64,000 nucleotides of DNA from an uncultured bacterium (GTDB lineage Bacteria; Patescibacteriota; Minisyncoccia; SW-4-49-11), in the NCBI GenBank assembly GCA_937864235.1, contig CALMJI010000012.1:942-64941 (forward strand), written 5' to 3'. This document shows, in pieces, positions 59,996-64,000 of this stretch. The position numbers were made by a program, and so were the translations under genes. The notes under the pieces are model-generated. The model had not been told where the DNA came from. It saw only the letters and a program-made list of their open reading frames with translations, and did not search any database. Within the stretch, counting starts at the first letter, position 1. Every line of letters begins with the position of its first letter.

Positions 59996-60742
59996 ATGGC
60001 AAATAATAAACTACATCCTGATCAATTTGAACTAGAATGTACAACAGTTTGGGCTTTCCCCCGTAGAGGTAATTGGGCAACACATAAGTCTGATTGGCGG
60101 GGTAATTGGTCTCCAGAAGTAGTACGTAATCTCATTTTAAGATATTCAAATGAAAAAGATCATATTTTAGATTGTATGATAGGCGGAGGAACTACTGCAA
60201 TAGAAGCCAAAATTTTGAATCGACACATTACTTGTGTTGATGTTAATGAGGAGGCAATTGAGAGAACTCGGAAATCTCTAGAATTCGAGGTGGACAATGG
60301 ATCTAAGCAAAGAATTATCAATTGTGATGCGAGAGATATGAACTTTATAAAAGATAATGAAATAGATTTTGTCTTAACACATCCTCCCTATGCAGATATT
60401 ATAAAATATAGTGAGGGTAAGATTGCGGAAGATTTATCTGGAATACATGATATTGATGCATTTGTTGATGAAATAGAAAAGGTTGCAAAGGAATTATTTA
60501 GAGTGTTAAAAAAAGGTAAATATTGTGCTGTTTTAATGGGAGATACTCGTCGTAATAAGATGTATCAACCACTTGCGTTTAAAGTGATGGATAGATTTTT
60601 GAAAGTAGGATTTACACTAAAAGAGGATATTATAAAAAGACAATTTAATTGTAAAGCCACAGGGTTTTGGGTCAAAAAATCTCAGGAAAATAATTTTTTG
60701 CTAATTATGCACGAGCATTTATTTATTTTTCAAAAGCTATAA
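59996..60742 (+). CDS. second DNA methyltransferase of the R-M operon (small N6A/N4C-type MTase with variant HPPY motif)
   Basis: LDCMIGGGTTAIEA (motif I-like) then FVLTHPPYADII (motif IV-like with His in place of D/N/S); 4 nt downstream of the endonuclease gene. Confidence 0.5.
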   Translation: MANNKLHPDQFELECTTVWAFPRRGNWATHKSDWRGNWSPEVVRNLILRYSNEKDHILDCMIGGGTTAIEAKILNRHITCVDVNEEAIERTRKSLEFEVDNGSKQRIINCDARDMNFIKDNEIDFVLTHPPYADIIKYSEGKIAEDLSGIHDIDAFVDEIEKVAKELFRVLKKGKYCAVLMGDTRRNKMYQPLAFKVMDRFLKVGFTLKEDIIKRQFNCKATGFWVKKSQENNFLLIMHEHLFIFQKL

Positions 60743-60806
60743 ATGCATTACGACATAGTTTACCAATATATGCTATAATAAAACCATACAATAACTCACC
60801 AAACAT

Positions 60807-61142
60807 ATGGACATCAACGAATATAAAAATAAGGCTCTGCGGACGGACTATGCTGATTATAGTGACTTTCATACTGGGGATGTGAGTGCTAGATTGGATT
60901 ATGCTAGTATGGGATTAGTGACGGAGTCAGCGAAAGTATTGGATATAATCAAAAAATCCAAAAAATCTCTAGCTTCACTAAACCGAGAAAAACTCAAGGA
61001 AGAATTAGGCGATTTACTCTGGTATATGAATTTGACTTTAGATGAATTGGGAATTAGTTTTTATGAGTTGATGGAGGCAAGCATTACCAAAATTGACCGC
61101 AAACACCCAGAAGGCGATCCTTTGATTAGGGCAGGGGAGTGA
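60807..61142 (+). CDS. MazG-like nucleotide pyrophosphohydrolase
   Basis: EELGDLLWYM motif, about 110-aa all-alpha MazG fold size. Confidence 0.7.
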   Translation: MDINEYKNKALRTDYADYSDFHTGDVSARLDYASMGLVTESAKVLDIIKKSKKSLASLNREKLKEELGDLLWYMNLTLDELGISFYELMEASITKIDRKHPEGDPLIRAGE

Positions 61143-61167
61143 AATTTTAATTTAATTTATCTCTTTC

Positions 61168-61884
61168 TTAAAACTCACCCCTCAAAAACTTTAACCTTTT
61201 CTCCTCAGGGAATCGCTCAATTGCATATCTGAGGGTAGTTCTTGGAAGTTGGGGATAGTTATCTATGAGGAATTGTTCTACTACTTTAGGGGACTTTTTC
61301 CAAGCTTCTCGGAGTGTCCAGCCGACGGCTTTATGAATTAGGTCTTCTGTGTCTGTGAGTAGTATCTGGGCTATATTGAGACTAGGGTTGATATCACCCT
61401 GTGAGATGAAGTACATAGTAGAGATTATAGCTATTCTTCTCTCCCAGAGTATGGGGGAGTTAGTTAATTTATCTAATATGCTTATTGGCTGTATATCATC
61501 GGCTATGGCTCGGCCTAGAATATAATGAGCGGATAAGTCAACTAGGTCCCAGTTATTGATATAATGCAAATTGACAATATACATATTAGCTATATCTTTT
61601 CTATGCTCTAGAGTAGCTTGTTTATTCTTATTAACTAATAGGATTAGAGCACAAAGTCTATCTTCATGAATAGGGGAGTGCAAGAGTAATTCTATTTCCT
61701 GCAAGTCTATATCCTTGTACTGTCTCGCTACTTTCCTAATATCTGGATTAGTCACTCCAATGAACTCATCTCCCTCGCCATACTGCCCTTTAGCAGTTTT
61801 AAAAAACCACTCAATTTTCTTCTTTCGCTCTGGAGTGGCATATTGTCTTAGAGCTCTCTGGATATTTTTATAGGTGTGAGACAT
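61168..61884 (-). CDS. DNA alkylation repair (AlkD/AlkC-like HEAT-repeat) family protein
   Basis: NNWDLVDLSAHYILG signature of the DNA_alkylation family, about 230 aa. Confidence 0.55.
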   Translation of the reverse strand: MSHTYKNIQRALRQYATPERKKKIEWFFKTAKGQYGEGDEFIGVTNPDIRKVARQYKDIDLQEIELLLHSPIHEDRLCALILLVNKNKQATLEHRKDIANMYIVNLHYINNWDLVDLSAHYILGRAIADDIQPISILDKLTNSPILWERRIAIISTMYFISQGDINPSLNIAQILLTDTEDLIHKAVGWTLREAWKKSPKVVEQFLIDNYPQLPRTTLRYAIERFPEEKRLKFLRGEF

Positions 61885-61897
61885 TTATTTTTTTATT

Positions 61898-62407
61898 TTA
61901 TCTTTTTAAATATTTTTTTACATTAGAATAAACAATATTTAGTCTATCTTTAAAATCCTTATCTGTAATATGGAGATTAATGTCATCTTCATATTTTCCT
62001 AGGAAGTAATTATGATCTTGAATAAAGGTATCTATCACTAATAATGAATCATTATATGATTTTGCTTTATAAAGCTTGATTAATAATTCTTTACTTAAAT
62101 CAAGACTAATAATATAAGGCTCATATTGTGCTTGGATAATATATTCCTTTTTATCCTTCCATGCTCTATCTATACTGGCATCATAAATAAATGGGATCCC
62201 ACTATTTAATATTTCTTTTAATCGTATATCTCGTCTTCTAATATATTCTTCTTCATCTAAAAACCCCATATCTTCTTTTACTTCTGATCGAATAGCATCA
62301 TTATTAAATATTGGTAAATTCAATTTGATACTTAAATAATGAGATATAGGAGTCTTAGAACTCCCTATTGCTCCAGCAAATGTTATTATAAATTTTTTAT
62401 TATACAT
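61898..62407 (-). CDS. P-loop NTPase / kinase-like protein
   Basis: Walker A FAGAIGSSKT near the N-terminus; 13 nt upstream of the AlkD-like gene. Confidence 0.4.
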   Translation of the reverse strand: MYNKKFIITFAGAIGSSKTPISHYLSIKLNLPIFNNDAIRSEVKEDMGFLDEEEYIRRRDIRLKEILNSGIPFIYDASIDRAWKDKKEYIIQAQYEPYIISLDLSKELLIKLYKAKSYNDSLLVIDTFIQDHNYFLGKYEDDINLHITDKDFKDRLNIVYSNVKKYLKR

Positions 62408-62497
62408 ACAAATATATTAGTATTTATACATAATTATATCATCACAGATGTATTTATACAATTATTTTTGTTTAATCCCTTCACTAAGAAAAATTTA

Positions 62498-62535
62498 CAC
62501 CCACCCTACGGGCACCCTCTCCAAAGAGGGACAGT
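62498..62535. repeat. GC-rich mosaic repeat fragment, copy 7
   Basis: CACCCACCCTACGGGCACCCTCTCCAAAGAGGGACAG (palindromic CTCTCCAAAGAGGGA core). Confidence 0.6.
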
Positions 62536-62543
62536 TTTTTATA

Positions 62544-62834
62544 TCACTTAACCTTCTTTCCAAACCACTTTTGGGTATTGGGGTTGCGATGTGGACAGCC
62601 CGGCCAACAACAAGGATTTTTATGTCCTGTTTTAATTTCTTCTAACATTCTTTGGATATGATTGAGGCGAGTTTCTGATTTTTTGACAATGGTTATCCAA
62701 CATATCCACTCATTTCTCTGGATTGGAGTTAATTGATTCCATTTTTCTAACACAACTGTATTGTCTTCTAACGCCTGACTTATATCCTCTGTAATTGTGT
62801 GCAATATGCCTGAGAGTGGTGTTGAGTTTGTCAT
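62544..62834 (-). CDS. YdeI/OmdA-like domain protein
   Basis: LTPIQRNEWICWITIVKKSETRLNHIQRM matches the OmdA pattern (R.E.I.WI...KK.ETR..RI). Confidence 0.45.
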   Translation of the reverse strand: MTNSTPLSGILHTITEDISQALEDNTVVLEKWNQLTPIQRNEWICWITIVKKSETRLNHIQRMLEEIKTGHKNPCCWPGCPHRNPNTQKWFGKKVK

Positions 62835-63172
62835 AGATTTTGATCTTCTTTAATTCTAAACTTTACTATTTTTTGAATTAAATCTATTGGTAAGGGCTTA
62901 TCTAATGGGAATTGAATTGCTGCTTTGGAGGTTTTGTATGGCTTTAATTCTTTTTGGAAGTGTAATATTGGACTTGGGGTGGGGTAGAAGCCAATATGAT
63001 TTTTATTCACTGCATAATATACCAAAACTTTATTTTGTTTAAAAGCTGGCATATTATAGCTGATTACTTCTTCTACCTCCGGAGCTACATCTCTGATAGT
63101 CTCTCTTAATAATTCTAATTTTGGCTGAATACTTTTTGATTGATTTTGATTATACTTTTCTACAGGTGTCAT
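62831..63172 (-). CDS. DUF1801 (YdhG-like) domain protein
   Basis: About 110-aa protein with the YNMPAF...VYYA..K.HIGFYP pattern; 4-nt overlap with the downstream YdeI-like gene, a pairing common in other genomes. Confidence 0.5.
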   Translation of the reverse strand: MTPVEKYNQNQSKSIQPKLELLRETIRDVAPEVEEVISYNMPAFKQNKVLVYYAVNKNHIGFYPTPSPILHFQKELKPYKTSKAAIQFPLDKPLPIDLIQKIVKFRIKEDQNL

Positions 63173-63249
63173 AGATTACATTATGTATATTTATAGTATA
63201 TAGGATATTCTCTTTAGTGTATAGGTGTAGAGAGTTGAAATACAAAAAC

Positions 63250-63333
63250 AATCCACCCTGTCCAGCATAGCTGTCCACCCCCTCCCAAACTAAAGTATAG
63301 GAGGGACTGAAAGCCCTCAAGAGGGGAATTTTT
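63250..63333. repeat. GC-rich mosaic intergenic repeat, copy 8 (reverse orientation of the copy-4 modules)
   Basis: CCACCCCCTCCCAAACTAAAGTATAGGAGGGACTGAAAGCCCTCAAGAGGGGAATT is the reverse complement of AATTCCCCTCT..GAGGGCTTTC..CCCTCC.ATACT..TTTGGGAGGGGGTGG. Confidence 0.8.
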
Positions 63334-63432
63334 AAATTCATCCATAACCTCAACATATATTGTCAATTAACATTATTTACAAAAAATCATCAAAATAGTG
63401 TATAATAAAACTATAAACTAATTCCTAAAACT

Positions 63433-64000
63433 ATGCTATTACAAATTTTACCTTGGATTATGGCGATTACAGCCTTCTCTTTTTTTGGTTCCTGGTATGC
63501 TCGGAGATATGATAGGGTAGACGCCTTGGTAGGTTTATATGTGGCTTTTGTGCTTATTAGTAATATTGTGGCTTATAAAATTGCTACTTTTGACCTTGGG
63601 TTTACCACATTTTATGCTACTTCAGCGACTTTGGTCTTTGCCGTGACTTTTCTCTTAACAGATATTGTAAATGAAAAATTTGGTAGAAAAGAAACTCAAA
63701 AAATGATATTCATAACCTTTATCACTCAAGTTGCTGTAGCTTTTTTTATTTGGCTCGCCATTTCATTACAGCCTGCTCCTTTTTGGCCAGATCAAGAAAA
63801 TTTTGCTAAGATAATTGGCTATACACCTAGAATTATGTTCGCTAGTTGGGTGGCCTTCCTAGTAAGTGAGAATATTGATGCCTATATTTTCGATTGGTTC
63901 AAAAAATTAACTAAAGGTAGACATCTCTGGATGCGAAATGCCTTCAGCTCTCTGCCAGCTATGGCTTTGGATACTGTTATATTTGTGATTATTGCTTTTG
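63433..64000 (+). CDS. YhhQ/DUF165-family (queuosine-precursor transporter-like) membrane protein, 3' end off-window
   Basis: Hydrophobic protein with TFLLTDIVNEKFGRKE motif resembling the YhhQ family. Confidence 0.45.
   Translation, partial: MLLQILPWIMAITAFSFFGSWYARRYDRVDALVGLYVAFVLISNIVAYKIATFDLGFTTFYATSATLVFAVTFLLTDIVNEKFGRKETQKMIFITFITQVAVAFFIWLAISLQPAPFWPDQENFAKIIGYTPRIMFASWVAFLVSENIDAYIFDWFKKLTKGRHLWMRNAFSSLPAMALDTVIFVIIAF

Noticed and set aside
63340-63432. preQ1 riboswitch upstream of the YhhQ-like transporter gene
   Set aside because: YhhQ-family genes are often preQ1-riboswitch controlled. The upstream sequence is AT-rich and lacks the short hairpin plus conserved CCC...TAAAAAACTA tail of preQ1-I, so no riboswitch is called
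1-64000. CRISPR arrays, transposases, integrases, prophage genes
   Set aside because: No regularly spaced direct repeats with unique spacers were found. The dispersed repeats are mosaic and not spacer-separated, and no ORF shows transposase DDE or tyrosine-recombinase motifs

Overview
The window reads as an AT-rich, gene-dense bacterial chromosome segment in the standard genetic code. Its gene content and compaction look like a reduced-genome, Patescibacteria/CPR-like organism; that placement is inference. Recognisable housekeeping genes: aspS (3' part), ddl, topA, a truncated dcw cluster (mraZ-rsmH-ftsL-like-ftsI-murF), xseB, gap, ftsK, eno, recJ, RNase P RNA, def-fmt, gatB, gyrA and the str operon (rpsL-rpsG-fusA). 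There are three tRNAs (Pro-TGG, Ser-TGA, Ser-CGA) and several scattered glycosyltransferase / cell-envelope genes. Observations worth a second look: (1) a tandem array of six paralogous small secreted TrbC/VirB2-like 'pilin' genes (46.7-51.7 kb), one fused to a Cys-rich lytic-transglycosylase-like domain; (2) a family of GC-rich, hairpin-forming mosaic intergenic repeats carrying anti-SD/SD-like palindromes (CCTCC-AAA-GGAGG), at least 8 copies in 64 kb; (3) a roughly 700-bp GC-rich island with foreign codon usage just upstream of topA; (4) a tRNA-Ser-adjacent accessory island with a DpnII/MboI-like M-R-M GATC restriction-modification system plus MazG, an AlkD-like protein and a P-loop protein; (5) a duplicated pseudo-receiver protein lacking the phospho-acceptor Asp; (6) a candidate about 240-nt sRNA, with consensus promoter and intrinsic terminator, between fusA and tRNA-Ser; (7) a consensus sigma70 promoter followed by four TGG repeats at exact 10-bp spacing (putative MraZ operator) upstream of mraZ. 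No CRISPR array, transposase or integrase is recognisable.
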